From positions 88,102,001 to 88,166,000 of the forward strand of contig OZ024747.1 in the NCBI GenBank assembly GCA_964016885.1: 64,000 nt of DNA, written 5' to 3'. Below the pieces are notes generated by a model. It saw nothing but the letters and a program-made list of their open reading frames with translations. It did not search any database and was not told the DNA's origin. The translations under genes were made by a program, and so were the position numbers. Below are positions 24,589 through 37,929 of the stretch, one piece after another (position 1 is the stretch's first letter; each line of letters begins with the position of its first letter). Source of the DNA: Eledone cirrhosa. Taxonomy: Eukaryota.

Positions 24589-25174
24589 GTATGGTCACGT
24601 GACGCGCATGAAAGACGACAGCTGTATAACAAAGTGCAGGGCAATAAAGATAGACGGTAGCTACGGAGTAGGCAGACCCAGAAAAACCTGGGACGAGCTG
24701 ATAAATTCCGACCTCATACACTTACACCTCTCCAAGACAATGTCACTGGACCGAGACCTTTGGCGGTACTCAGTAATAGAGAAGACCCGCCTTACCTGAA
24801 TACAAAGTAAAACCTACTACAGTCAGTAGGCATCTCTAACAAAATACACCCCCGTCCCACCCCATCCACACCGCCCCTTTCAATGTAAAGTTATGTTGGT
24901 GCCACAACATCCAGGCCGAAACAAATGAGATTGTGTAGGTGTCACGACAAAAAAACACACAGTCCACGCTGTAATGTGGCCGTGTAGGCAACACGGTAAA
25001 AACCTCCCAGCCCCACACTGTAAATGTGCTTGGTGTTAGGAAGGGCATCCAGCTGTAGAAAACCCGCCAGACAGTCCTATGCGAGCAAGACAATCACTCT
25101 TGCCTCAAGTGGGAAAACTCCCGTCCAAACCCATGCAAGCGTGGAACACGGACGTTAAACGATGATGATGATGA
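24585..25174 (+). mobile_element. RTE-clade LINE 3' fragment
   Basis: WYGHVTRMKDDSC...GRPRKTW...DRDLWR C-terminus, 3' UTR and (GAT)n tail; same family as 57534-60548. Confidence 0.9.
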
Positions 25175-25329
25175 TATATATTATTCATTAATGAAAATCC
25201 AGTTAAATCACTTTAGCTCTTAACTATAATTTAATTTGAATTTATTACGTATTTTAATCTTTGAATGAGTATCACATTTTCTTTAATGCTTAACAAAATA
25301 TATGGTTCAATGTGTTCTAATTTTAAATG

Positions 25330-25675
25330 TCATCATCATCATCATCATCATTTTACGTCCACTTTTCCCTGCTTGCAAGTGTAGGACGAGAACTAATTCT
25401 GGCTTGATTTCTACAGCTGGATGCCCTTCCTAACACCAACCTCATTTACAGTGAGTGCTGGGTGCTTTTTTGCTGTGGCACCTCCACGACCACTTTGCAG
25501 TGGAATGATATGGACCCCAGTCCCTATCATCTCATTTCTACAGCTGAGTAAACTGGAGCAATGTGAAATAAAGTGTCTTGCTCAAGGAAACAACACATCA
25601 CCCGGTCTGAGAATTGAACTCACAACCTTTCGATTGCAAGGCCAATGCTCTAACCACTAAGCCAGGTGGCTCCAT
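25330..25675 (-). mobile_element. SINE family B with RTE-derived body and tail
   Basis: Near-collinear inverted copy of 37423-37768; (GAT)n tail. Confidence 0.9.
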
Positions 25676-26469
25676 GTATAGATTGAAAACAATTTCTAGT
25701 AAAGAACACAACACAACCTATTTGCAGTAAAATGTATTGTAAAATGTTGACATGTGGATTAAAGTAAAATATCCTTCATTGATATATACATTGGTAATAC
25801 TGACCACATTGGAAAGAATTAACAGAAAAGAATATATGGTTATGCATGCATGTATGTCATCATCATCATCATCATGTTTTATGTCTGTTTTCCAAGCTTT
25901 CATGGACAACTCTCCTAACCCATGCTAGAATGGAAAAAATGGACATTAAACAATGATGAATTAGCAGCAGAGTCATTAGAATGTCAGTTAGAATGCTTTA
26001 TGGAATTCTTTTCAGCTCTCTGAGTTCAAATCATGCTGAGGTCAACTTTGCCTTTCGTCTTTTTGAGGTCAATAAAAAAAAATTCCAGTCTAGTACTGGG
26101 GTCGATTCTTCCTCTCTCTCTGGAAGAAATCTGTTGTACTCAGGCCTGGAGAGGGATGGACTCAACCAGGCTTAAAATGCCCAAGAAATGCTGTATGTCA
26201 ATACAGCGCCCCTATGATTCAGGAGTTCAGGACCATACATACATATATATATATGTATATACATATAAAAGAAGCGTTTATCGGTGCATTTTAGCACACA
26301 AACCAACACTAACACTTTAGAGAGTGTATTGGGTGCATTTTATTGTGGCACCAGCACTAGAGATGTTGTCAGATCCTCTTCAACTCCAATTACTCTCCAT
26401 TTGATTTTGATTCTTAAACACCGTAGCTTCAAATCTGTTAGCATTTATACTCTTAGTATTGTAGTGCTT

Positions 26470-26960
26470 GTACAGGTGGATGTCTCTTTAGCACTATGGC
26501 ATTATTCACGAGGTTGTTTCTTCAAATCATTCTTCACAACTTTGTCTTATATCTTCCTAGGTCCCCCACTTCCACATGTTCCATCTACCTCAAGCACTTT
26601 TTATTCAACTCTCACTCTCTTTACACACCACATTCCCACACTTGTGCAATTGTCCCTATTGTATCCTACCTTCAATTCTTCTCATACTCAACTTTTCTCT
26701 CAATTCACTTGTGTTCTGTTGTTCACACACACTACTATTACACATCCAGTGAAGTATACATATCTCATTTCCTTTTAGCCACCACAAATCTACATTCAGA
26801 ACCCATGTCTTGCAACCATACAGCATTGCTGTTCAAACACATGCATCATATAATCTGTACTTTATTCTGAGAGAAAAGCTCTTTGTTGCCAGCAGAGCTA
26901 ATGACTCTCTGAATTTCTTCTTCCCTGTTCTCACTCTGGATCTAACATCTACCTCCACTA
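26470..26960 (-). mobile_element. Older RTE LINE fragment
   Basis: KKKFRESLALLATKSFSLRIKYRLYDACV parallels the ORF at 58034-58375. Confidence 0.75.
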
Positions 26961-26964
26961 CTAA

Positions 26965-27177
26965 TGGTTTCAGATTTAGGCACAAGGCCAGCAATTTTTG
27001 GGAAGGGGAAAGTTGATTAAATCGACCCCAGTGCATTACTGGTACTTTATTTTATTGCCCCTGTAAGGATGAAACGCAAAGCTAACCTCAGTGGGATTTG
27101 AACTCAGAACATAAAGGGCCATAACTCTATGCTGCAAAGCATGGTGTCTGATGCTATACCAATACTGCCAATCCACT
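26965..27177 (-). mobile_element. SINE family A (long variant)
   Basis: Full alignment to 8533-8746. Confidence 0.88.
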
Positions 27178-27820
27178 GAGGTAAAGCATTAATAATACAG
27201 CTATGGATGAAAGAAACAGCACATAACTCCTATATTTATGCCATTTTGTATTTTGTTGCTTTGTTTTTTTTTTATTTGTTGACACTGTCCCTTTATTTGT
27301 TTTACGATCCATATGTTAATTCTTTCACACACAGACACACACATGTATTTATGTATGTGTGTATATCTCTGCATGTGTGCATATATATATGTATGAGAAC
27401 ATGTCGTCAAATTTTAGACTTTCAATATCGTATCTTCTTCATCTCTACCACAAGACTACTAATATCATGACTGAAGATTATATTGGATTAAAATCCAAGT
27501 TCATCTCAGAATGCAATTTCTAAGACCATATTTATATAACAGCAAGTTTGTGAAATGTCTACACTTAAATCTGAAAACTTATTACTGAGGTATACTAAGC
27601 TTCATTTGTGTCTAAGGTGATTTAAAATTGTGATAGTGTTGTTCAACTATCTCAAACACGTGAGCTTCATGTGACCTCCAAACTACTTTTCTATTGCCTG
27701 CAGCAAAACAATTTTCGTGACTAATATTTTCCTGACTAATATTTTCCTAAAACTTGGCAGTTTGTCCATTTTAATAATATTTATTGTCCAGTTTTTTTTG
27801 CAATTTATCCATGAAGTACA

Positions 27821-28075
27821 ATCATCATCATCATTTTACGTCCGCTTTTCCCTGCTTGCAAGGGTGGGACGAGTCCTATTAAGCATGGAATCTCTCCATT
27901 TGTCACGGTCCTTTGTCATCTCCTCCGAGAGCTTCAACAATCTGAGGTCTGCTCTCATCACCTCTGCCCATGATTTTTGTGGTCTTCCTCGACTGCGTCT
28001 TCCTTCTACTGGGATTTCTTGGTACTTCTTTACCCAGCGGTTATTCTCGATGCACATCACATGTCCATACATGCA
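27821..28075 (-). mobile_element. RTE LINE 3' end; subfamily whose ORF runs into the tail
   Basis: YGHVMCIENNRWVKK...GRRSRGRPQKSW...DRDKWR...EKRT*, then (GAT)n. Confidence 0.88.
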
Positions 28076-28202
28076 ATAAAATGACAAAACAAAAACAATT
28101 TATCAAAAGTGAAATTAGCAAAAGTAAAAATGGAATTAAGGAAATTCGAAACAGTTAATTTGTCCCCCTAAATTTTGTATAAATCCACATATCCCTTTTT
28201 CT

Positions 28203-28455
28203 ATCATCTTCTTCTCTTCTTCACCCACTTATTCCTGAGAGGGTCGTGGGGGCAGAGTCCTCAAACACTCCTTCTAGCGGGTCCTGTCAAAAGCAACTGT
28301 CTCCAACTGATCTGGTTGGATCCCCAAGCATGACCAGCCAAGCTGATGGATGTTATCCAACTGTCTTGCTTGGGGTCTGTCCCTGGGTCTCTTACCGGTT
28401 GCTTTTGCCTGTAAAATCTGTGCAGTGATTCTTTTGTGAGACATTCTAACCACAT
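28203..28455 (-). mobile_element. 3' end of a second RTE family with a (GAA)n tail
   Basis: Inverted match to 50305-50548. Confidence 0.8.
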
Positions 28456-30689
28456 GCCTATAGTATTGGAGCTGTGATCTTTCAATTCATTTTGATAAAA
28501 AACAACAACAGAATAAGTAGCCAATTAGCATTATAATTGGTGGAAATCAGCCCCTCCACCTCACTTTCAGCCCACTGTGCCTATCACCTATGATGTAATG
28601 GCCCTTTTGAGTCCTTGAGTTTGAGACCTCTGGTCTAGTTACTGATAGTTTATTGTAGACAGACATTCTGAGTTAAGATTTTGCAGTGGTATTTCTACAA
28701 TTTTTGTTTTTAGTAAAGTAAATCTGACCTAAAACATTTGTGCATACATACATGCTAGGACATATACATATTCACAAGAATTATCATCATCATTACCATT
28801 TTATGACCACTTTCCATGTTGGGCAAATTGTGACAAATTGTGTATCAGTTTTTATTTGGAGTTACAGCCTTCTCATGCATTCCCTTTACTGAGTGAATAT
28901 CATATCACATAGCAAAAACCAGGGAAATGTGGTGGTAGAGAGACTAATGGAAGAGTGTCAGTGAAAGCAGCTACATACACAACACATGCACACATCCACC
29001 TACACACAGAGGGTGCAGATAAATATTGGATGCATTTGTAATGAATGCATTATTATCTTTTTTTTTTTTTTGTAATGCTCTCAATTCTCCTCAGAGTTTG
29101 AATTGTTTCATATTTGTAGCAATGATAAAATATTTATGCACTTAACACTATCTTACTAGATCCCTTACTAGATCAATAGCTTTGCTCGCCAATGCTCTTC
29201 ATTAATATTAGTTAAGTTGCCAAGAAAACATTTAGTCATACAACATGATTTGAGAGGTTTTCATGGGTTTATATAATATGGTATACTGTATCATGAACAA
29301 ATCACGATATCTATGGCTAATATAATATAGTTGAAACCAATGTTATTAGTGAGAAGGAAGTGATATAAATATAATTATAATAATAGTTTTGACCTTCATG
29401 TAGATTATGAATTCTTCATAAAGTGTATGTAAGAATTCAATGTAGCATAAACAGTTTAATTTATAGATGTATGAAATGGTGTAGTTTGTAAACTAAGAAA
29501 TAAATTGTTTCAAACAGTTGGAATAACCCTATTCAGGAAAATATAATTAAGTCTTTGAATGCAGAAAAAAATTTCACCTATTGTTCCAAAAATGTACTGG
29601 TATATTTTAGTTTAGTTTGTGAAGCATAGGCCCAGGCATTGTAGATAAAGGAAATTTGATAAAAATATTTCTAGATGTAATGTCTTATATAAATTAGTAA
29701 TATCAAACAGGTTTACTTTGCATAATAGGCATAAATTTCTAGTATGTCGGTTGGATATTAGCAGACATTGTAGATATAATACTATTTCATCTCTATGTAT
29801 TTTTTTTGCTGACCTAAATTGAAACATCTGAATATATATATATATCTAAATAAACACTTATACAAATGTTGTTCAGTAGCACAGGACCTGGCAAATAATA
29901 ATCACATATGCACCAAATATGTCCCAGAACTTACAATTGATTAAACGATTGACTGATCATCAGTTTTTATCCTATCACTGGTGCTGCACTGTATCTCAAT
30001 AGCATTGTCTATTTAACTGTAACTAGATGAGCCATATAGAGGTACAGTTCACAAGCAGTTTTATTAGTTTTGAACTGTGAGTTGAAATCCTCTTGCAGTT
30101 CTAGAGAAAAGTACAAGACATCGTTCCATTATATCTTACATTTTATTTAATTCAACGTTGTTGGTGATTATTCTTTAAGCTAAATGTTTTATGGGATATT
30201 GCTATGAAATATTTTTTGATTCAAGTGATTGGCATTAGGTAAGGATTCCAGCTGTAGAGCCCATCCCAAAATGAAATGTTTCTAAGATAACCAGACCCAC
30301 TTATGCATCGAATGTTTAAACTGGTGAACCAATAATAACAAAGTTACACATCAATAAACTATATATATAATCATTATCATCACCGTTTAATGTCCATTTT
30401 TCTATGCTAGCATGGGTTAGTCAAGTTGTCCTATTGTGAACAATCCCAGGTTCGGTGACCATGTCTTGCTCATACAGAAATGATTCTGGCTTGGTTTCTA
30501 CAGCTGGCCTTCTTCATGTCAACCTCATTTACAGTGAGTACTGGGTGCCTTTTGAGTTACTGTGGATTGGGTGCTTTTTGTGACACCTACACGACTAATT
30601 TACAGTCTCATTAATGATCAATAATATAATATATATATATATGAGAGAGAGAGAATTGTTGAAAGTATGTATATCAAAGTAGATCTGAT

Positions 30690-32285
30690 TATAAAAAGAT
30701 TGGAATATCAAGAATGATGATCAATCAAGCTGGTATAACTTGACAAAGTAGGGTATATCACCAGCTTCTTGTTTCAAAGTAAAAATGATTGATGTAAAAC
30801 CACCAGAGGATAAGCCGCTATTAGAATATTTTCTTTTACTTGTTAATTTCTATGGAAGATTTATTGATAATTAATGAGACTAACCTGATAGCTTCATCAC
30901 TTTGTAGATATGGTACACCATTTACATGAAAAGTTCAACAACAAAAGGCATTTGCATATGTAAAGCTGATGTTAGTATCAAATCTAGTAATCCAGATTTA
31001 TTATATCATAAAAGAAGTTACCTTAGCAACTAATGCAAGTATAAAAGCTATATCAGGAATACTTTCACAAGATGACTGTTCTATATTATGTTTGTAAAGA
31101 GCATTAATTCCAGTTGAAACAAGATACTCAAATATTGAAAGGAGAGCTTTCGTAATTGTAACGTGTACACAAAGTATGACACTATCTGTTTGGCCAATTT
31201 AGACTACTATAATTTAATTTTGGTAAAAATTGTAGTTTATCAAAAGTAATATCGCATGTATTTCGAGATGTGCCTCACAAATGACAACCTTTCATTATGA
31301 AATGTCTTGTGTAAAGGAATTTCAAATACCTCCATTGGAATTTATTAATAATTGTTTTTACTTTAGGCACAAGGCCAGCAATTTGAAGGAGAGGGAAAAG
31401 TTGTTTAAATCGAGCCCAGTGCATTGCTAGTGCTTTATTTATCGACTCCGTAAGGATGAAAGGCAAAGCTAACATCGACAGGATTTGAGCTCAACATAAT
31501 TTAATAATAATACTGGTTTTGATGGACCTGACTATGATGATGGGAATTCTTTCATCCTTCTTGTAGAAACTTCTATAAAGTGAAAATATAAAATTGGAGA
31601 TTGTCAATAATATTTCATCTGGTATAGTAAAAAGGATTTTTTTTTAGTATTTTTAAATAATAATTGGAGCAATTATTCTGATTAAAGTTCATTTAAGCCA
31701 TTGAGAAATAAGATAACAGTGGAAGATGGTCTCTTGTGAAATAGAAAATTGTTTTATCAACCTATATGGGAAAAATAATGATAAAAGTTGTGCACTGTAG
31801 TTCAATAGCAACAAGGATTTGGTTAACATTAGAAGGAATGTACCCAGCTTACTGTGAAGATGTGAAACAACCAATATGTAATATATGTTAGAATAAAATT
31901 AGAATTAAATAAAATAGTACCCACATTGCCTAAAGAAAATAAAGTATGGATATGTGTGCATATGGATTCTATTTATATCAAGAATTGTGGACTGTTAACA
32001 TTTATTGATATATACCCTGTGTATTCAGAAGTATGAAAGTTTGAATGAAGAAGCATAGACAGCTAAGCAGATATTAAGAACTGTGTTTGTCAGAAATGGT
32101 ATTCAAGAAACATTAGAGTGTGACAAAGATTGTGAATTTGATAATAATCACTTTTGTACATACCTCAATATGATCCAATGTAAACTTATGAAAACACCCT
32201 CATATCACCCAGTATCATATGAAATTACTGATAGAATGGTGATAATTGTTAAAATGGATTAAAAAGCATATTCACCAACTAATGA
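30690..32285 (+). pseudogene. Ty3/Gypsy pol relic (RNase H plus integrase), interrupted by a SINE A at about 31352-31494
   Basis: LATNASIKAISGILSQ...ETRYSNIERRAFVIV (about 31023-31160); VHMD, KQILRTVFVRNGIQETLECD and KTPSYHPVS..DRMV (31950-32255). RNase H precedes integrase. Confidence 0.8.
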
Positions 32286-32294
32286 TTCTATTAA

Positions 32295-32483
32295 CTCTTT
32301 AGCATTTAAACCAGCTGTATCCGGCCTGAATTCTCTCACCTCTTTCTGTTCAAACCAGCTGTAACTGGCCACTCATACTGATGTTAAGGTATTGTTCTCA
32401 AAATAAATAATATCAAAATATCATAAATTTGATATTATCTGAGATAATTATGTGAGGTAATGCCTTTACCATGAAAATATAAT
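32295..32483 (+). mobile_element. MITE family 1, right end truncated
   Basis: TTAA at 32291-32294 plus left TIR. Confidence 0.85.
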
Positions 32484-34759
32484 TGTGAACAAAATACAGA
32501 ATGAGTCTCTTAAATTTGAATGATATTCCAGATTCTATTAATAAAGATTGTAATTTGACAACTGATACAGAAACAACACAGCAAATGGTGTTAGATGCAG
32601 TTCTGAAATAACAAAAAAACGAATTTATATCTGGGAAATGTGATACCATTGTTGTGCTAATTACCATATTTCTAATGGAATGGACTGCTTATGATTTTCA
32701 AATAATTTTGAAAATAATGAAAAATTAGGAGCAGTTCAATAATATATCTTTCTCACGATTAAGCTGGTGTTTGGAACATAACTTAAGAATGGTTCTTACA
32801 TAAAATGTTCATGGAAAGTTTTTAGACAAATATAAACACTTTAAAGCAAACAGTTTTGTATTGGAGGACCAGGATTGATTTCTGACAGCTTGATTTAACA
32901 ATTTTGATATTCTGAGTGTGAATGGTTGCTTGTGACATTAACTGATACAGCAACATCATAGGATTGGATTATTTGAAATATTATGTTTAACAATTCAGTT
33001 TCATGAAAGTTAATCATTGACATAAATATAAATAGAATTATATTCAATGAAAGGTGATGGTAATTTCTCTGAGGAACTCTCAGTTGTTTGGCCTAATGTG
33101 ATTCTACTTGTGAAATTAACATGTAGGCACCAAAATATTCTGCAAGTGTGTATACTCATAAAAGAAATAGCACCTACTCAAGATACCACACAGTGAGATT
33201 GAACCTGGAACTTTATAATTGTGAAACAAACTTCTTAATCAGTTGGCCGAAACCTAATGTCAACCCAAAGTATATGACACACAGTGAGATTGAACCTACG
33301 ACCTTATGATTGCAAAGTGAGCTTCTTAATCACTCAACTATACCTCTGTCCACCTCATGAAATTATGGTTGGAATTTCCTCCAGTTGTTACAATCCTTTA
33401 GATTCTGATTAACTTATTGACCTGGTGATTTCTAGTGCTTTTGGTACTCAGTATCAATTATCTATGATTTATTATTAAAATGCATTTGTTAGCATCGAAA
33501 AATTGACATTAAATGGTGATGATGATAAGAGTAACTCTATTCATTAAAATGTTTGCTAAATAGAATGATCTTAGAAAAAATTTGAATATGTTTTGTATTA
33601 ACTCTGTACTTATAGCTATACAGGTGAAAGGCAGTTTTAAGTATATGTTTGGCCGCAATATGCTTCACTGTAACTTATTTTACAAGCTCTTCCTCTGTCT
33701 GATTATTTGCCAAATTATTTATATTTCAAATTGTATTTATATTATAAATATCTTGGTACAGCAATAAGGGCATTGAATATGTAAATGTGGAACACCAATT
33801 TCTCCTTCCTGGTAAATTTAAGGTTCATATAAGAAATTATATGTCACAACATGGCAACCTCTCTAGTACTGCCTCGAAAAATGCATCAAGTATACCCTGT
33901 AAAGTAGTTGGTGATAGGAAGGGTATCCAGCTGTAGAAGCAATATTAAAAAATTGTGTCAAGTACATGACAATCTAGTGTTGGCCGATATACATGACAAA
34001 TGCACCCAGTACACTCTGTAAAGTGGATGGTTATAGGAAAGGCATCCAACCATAGAAAACCTACTGTACAAATGGTAGGAGGACTCTTCAGTTCTGTTGA
34101 AGGTATGATAACCTACCTAGTACCTGTGCCATGACAAAATACACTCCTTAATGTTCAGGAATGTATTTAAGTAATAATTGGACTTGCAGCTCATCTTGTA
34201 GGTTAGTAACTCAGATTAAGTGTTTACTTGGTTTGTGATGACATCATAGGTATGTTGTAAGAAAATGAATAAACAAACTTATATATTTACTCTATTAGAA
34301 ATATTGAGTTCTTCCTCCTTTGTGAACCACTAAGATCTTTTGATCTGAATCCAATACACACACACACAAACAGGCAATTCTGTCACTTTTTTCCATATTT
34401 CATATGTATTAAGTTTATCATTAAAAAATCCTAAAATTATGATAATGATTACACACACACATATATATATGTTATATAAAATATTTTCATTCAGTGTTTA
34501 TCATTCAAATTATTTCATGGAAAATTTTTATCATGTATTATTTTAAAGCTATCTAATATAGTTTGCATTATCTTACTTCATATTTATTAAATTCATTAGG
34601 ATAAAAAAAATTTAAATGAATATTTAAACCAACTTTAAATTATATTGCAATAACTTCTTTTATAATAAGTATAGGAATGTTGATAAAATCATTTACCTTG
34701 TGGCTTAAAATAGCAAAGGATAAAAAGTTTTAAATAATATATAAAGTCTATTGTTACTC

Positions 34760-34830
34760 TCGCCAATCATCAATAATGTAGTTCTTGATTGTTTGGCTTA
34801 CAAAAGATGGTAGCGCTATGCTGATTGGTG
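34760..34830 (+). promoter_or_regulatory. Candidate promoter: opposed CCAAT boxes around a YY1-like site
   Basis: GCCAATCA at 34762-34769, AAGATGG at 34804-34810, CTGATTGG at 34821-34828, at the start of a unique repeat-free tract ending in a splice donor at 35266. Confidence 0.4.
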
Positions 34831-35211
34831 AAATGTGCAGTCACCAAAAACGTTGCTTACTGGCTATTCCATCTTTAGCTTAGGGATTTATAGCCAGATA
34901 AAATAATGTTGATTGCTGAACTGTCAGTCAAGTAGGTTGGAAGCTTTATTTAGGAATTAGTTTTGCTTGTATTCCAAACAATTTCATTTGTTGCCATATG
35001 TGGCACTGTAAGCTATGATACTGGACATGGCAGTGCAACATTTGTCCATTAGATCACTGCCAACTAACTACATCATCGGCTGCTTTCAACATTTATACTT
35101 CTCAATTATGCTGAATGGAAACAAGCTGAAATGTATACCTGAATTAATATTTTTCCATACATACCTGTATGTATTTTTCCTTTCTTATACCTGTCAAGTA
35201 TTGTTTGGTAA

Positions 35212-35265
35212 ATGGCCGTAGTCTGCTTCAATTCTTTAGGAATTAGATGCAGCATAGTTAGACAG
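35212..35265 (+). CDS. Candidate alternative first coding exon (MAVVCFNSLGIRCSIVRQ)
   Basis: ATG at 35212, 18 codons, strong phase-0 donor CAG|GTAGGT, downstream of the CCAAT boxes. Confidence 0.4.
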
Positions 35266-35483
35266 GTAGGTTATTTTTGTTACACACTAAATATAAAAAT
35301 ATATGTGTTTTATAGTAATGTCCTTTCCTACTATATAATTTTCTTATAATTCATAAGATTTGTTTTTTTCATTTTTTACTTAAAAATGAAAGGTAGAGCT
35401 TTGATGAGAGATTCGTTAATTTTGTAACAATATCTTAATATTCACCTACCATACAAACACACACCTTTGATTTTTTTTTATAG

Positions 35484-35495
35484 CTGGTCAGACAG
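35484..35495 (+). CDS. Candidate 12-nt microexon (LVRQ in phase 0)
   Basis: T-tract...ATAG|CTGGTCAGACAG|GTCGGA; acceptor strong, donor weak. Confidence 0.25.
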
Positions 35496-36721
35496 GTCGG
35501 ACTGTGTATATTCTCTTTACTGCTTCAAAAATATATGAAAATGATTATTGTATCAAATCAGTAAAATCTTTCATTATAGATGATACTGAAACTTTAGCCA
35601 CTGCATTATAAAAATTTATTATTCAGAAAATGTTATATGTATATACATATATAAATGAGAAAACTCATCAGTAGAACAACCGATCAGAAACAACATTGTT
35701 TTAATGTTATATATATGCATTAAAAGAGAATGATTATAATATCACTTCTTATGAATGATACATATTTAGTTACAAATGATACAAGTTCAGAAAACTTAAA
35801 AAAAAAAAAAATACATTAGCTTTTATACTTGATCTAGTATTTATTTTATGTTCCTAACTCTTATAAAATATCATTTTACACCTAATAACCAAACTATTTT
35901 TGTTTTTAGAAAATGTAACATTTATTTTAAAGTAGTCGATAGCCACTATTTTAATGTAATGGATAATGAAAGTGTTTTTAAATGTAGCATTGGGAATAAA
36001 ATTGCTATTAGAACTGTTAAAAATTTTGTCTTTCTCAAAGGTTTTTGTTTTTAAATCTTTGAAAAACTAGAGTAAAATGTCTAAATATAATCTTTATCAC
36101 CATCACTATTTTCTGCCGATTTTAAATTGTTACTTGAAACTAACATTGTCTTAAAATTGTTTTTATAACAGAAATCTTAATTTCATTTCAAACATATTTC
36201 TGGCTATTTTTCTACATTCTAATTCATTTACTTGATTCTTACTATTGATAGATATTTTACCATATTCATTATACAGTCTTTCCTATACATTATTTACACT
36301 GCACAAACTAGAAATCATTTAATTTCATCTCAAAACTAGCCTTCTCAAAATTAGGATTGTTTTGGGAAAGCCAGTACAATGCAAGTTAGAAATAAAGGAA
36401 CAAAATGAGAATACATTATGACAAAGAAAACAATAGTTTTACCTTATATCTCATGATATTTCAGGGCTAGGACATCGATTTTAATCAAATTAAATCGAAT
36501 CCAACTACTTAAAAAATTATATGTAGACACAACAAATTTTGAAAATTTGTTTACATATGATTTAAAAAAAATTTAATTTGATTGAAATAGTCAAATATTA
36601 GCGATCCTAGATTGATATGTAACACATACAATGAAACATGTGTCAGTGTTATGCAATAAAAGTTATTTCCACTTTTCTAGAATGTGATGTTTTAAATGAT
36701 AATTTTGTAAATTTATGTATA

Positions 36722-37150
36722 TATATATTACAAAAAGTCAAGGCCCGAAAGCTGAGCTCTTGTTGTTTCAACAGCTAATTTCAGACTATTGACAACAAAA
36801 CTTGCAGTGTACTGGCCATCTCATCAGGGGTATGGCTTAAGTGACTGATGTGTCAGTAAATAAGTTGCCCATATAAGTAATAAGTTGTCCATATAAGGGT
36901 ATAAGATCTTCATAAAGAACATTTACCCTTAGACAACTTATTATTTTACCAACACTTCAATCACCTAAGCCACGCCTCCTGATGAGATGGCCTGTACACA
37001 GCAAGTCTGTTTGTTAACAGTCTGGAATTAGCTGTCAAAATAGCAAGAGCTCAGCCATTGGGCTCTAACTCTTTCTAATATAGTCACACTCTACTATCCC
37101 AAGTATCGAGTACTCTGTTGAATAATAGTCTGACTAATTTAATACTGATA
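36722..37150. mobile_element. Long fold-back element with degenerate hammerhead cores on both arms; Penelope-like inverted terminal structure
   Basis: Arms about 36722-36903 and 36922-37082. CTGATGAG at 36979 (+) and TCATCAG at 36821 (-). GAAATTAGCTGTT (-) and GGAATTAGCTGTC (+). Tail shared with 19588-19620. Confidence 0.7.
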
Positions 37151-37364
37151 TGTATATGCGTATATGTGTGTTTGTGTGTGCATTGAATAATGAAAATAAA
37201 ACAAGGCAAAGGTAGGTTCATAATTATTTCATTGTTTTACTGTTGTTCAAGAGAGTTGATTGATCATGATAAATTGATATATTGACTAAGAGATAGTGGC
37301 TATGCCACCACCTATTTCTAGTCATGATACCCTAGATCCACCTCACCACCTTCCTTAGAATCAA

Positions 37365-37399
<35 letters not shown>

Positions 37400-37422
37400 T
37401 ATGTGTGTGTATATATATATAT

Positions 37423-37768
37423 GGAGGCACATAGCTTAGTGGTTAGAGCATTGGCCTTGCAATTGAAAGGTTGTGAGTTCAATTCTCAGACTGGGTGATG
37501 TGTTGTTTCCTTGAGCAAGACACTTTATTTCACATTGCTCCAGTTTACTCAGCTGTAGAAATGAGATGATAGGGACTGGGGTCCATATCATTCCACTACA
37601 GAGTGGTCATGGAGGTGCCACGGCAAAAAAGAACCCAGCACTCACTCTAAATGAAGTTGGTTTTAGGAAGGGCATCCAGCTGTAGAAATCAAGCCAGAAT
37701 CAGTTCCCGTCACACCCTTGCAAGCAGGGAAAAAGCGGACGTAAAATGAAATGAAATGAAATGATGAT
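37423..37768 (+). mobile_element. SINE family B, full length
   Basis: tRNA-like head (AGCTTAGTGGTTAGAGCA, GAGTTCAATTCT), CORE-like box, GGAAGGGCATCCAGCTGTAGAAA, RTE-type tail. Confidence 0.92.
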
Positions 37769-37929
37769 ATTATTAATTAGATCATGTGTAAAGGCTACTG
37801 TAAATTGTGTAATTGTGAGATAGCTGGTAGCTTAAGTAAAGCATGAAGAGAGGAAAAAATACCAAAAGAATGCAGAAATAGTGAAATAAACAGTGAAGGT
37901 AACAGATGTCATAAAGCTTGCTCAATGTT

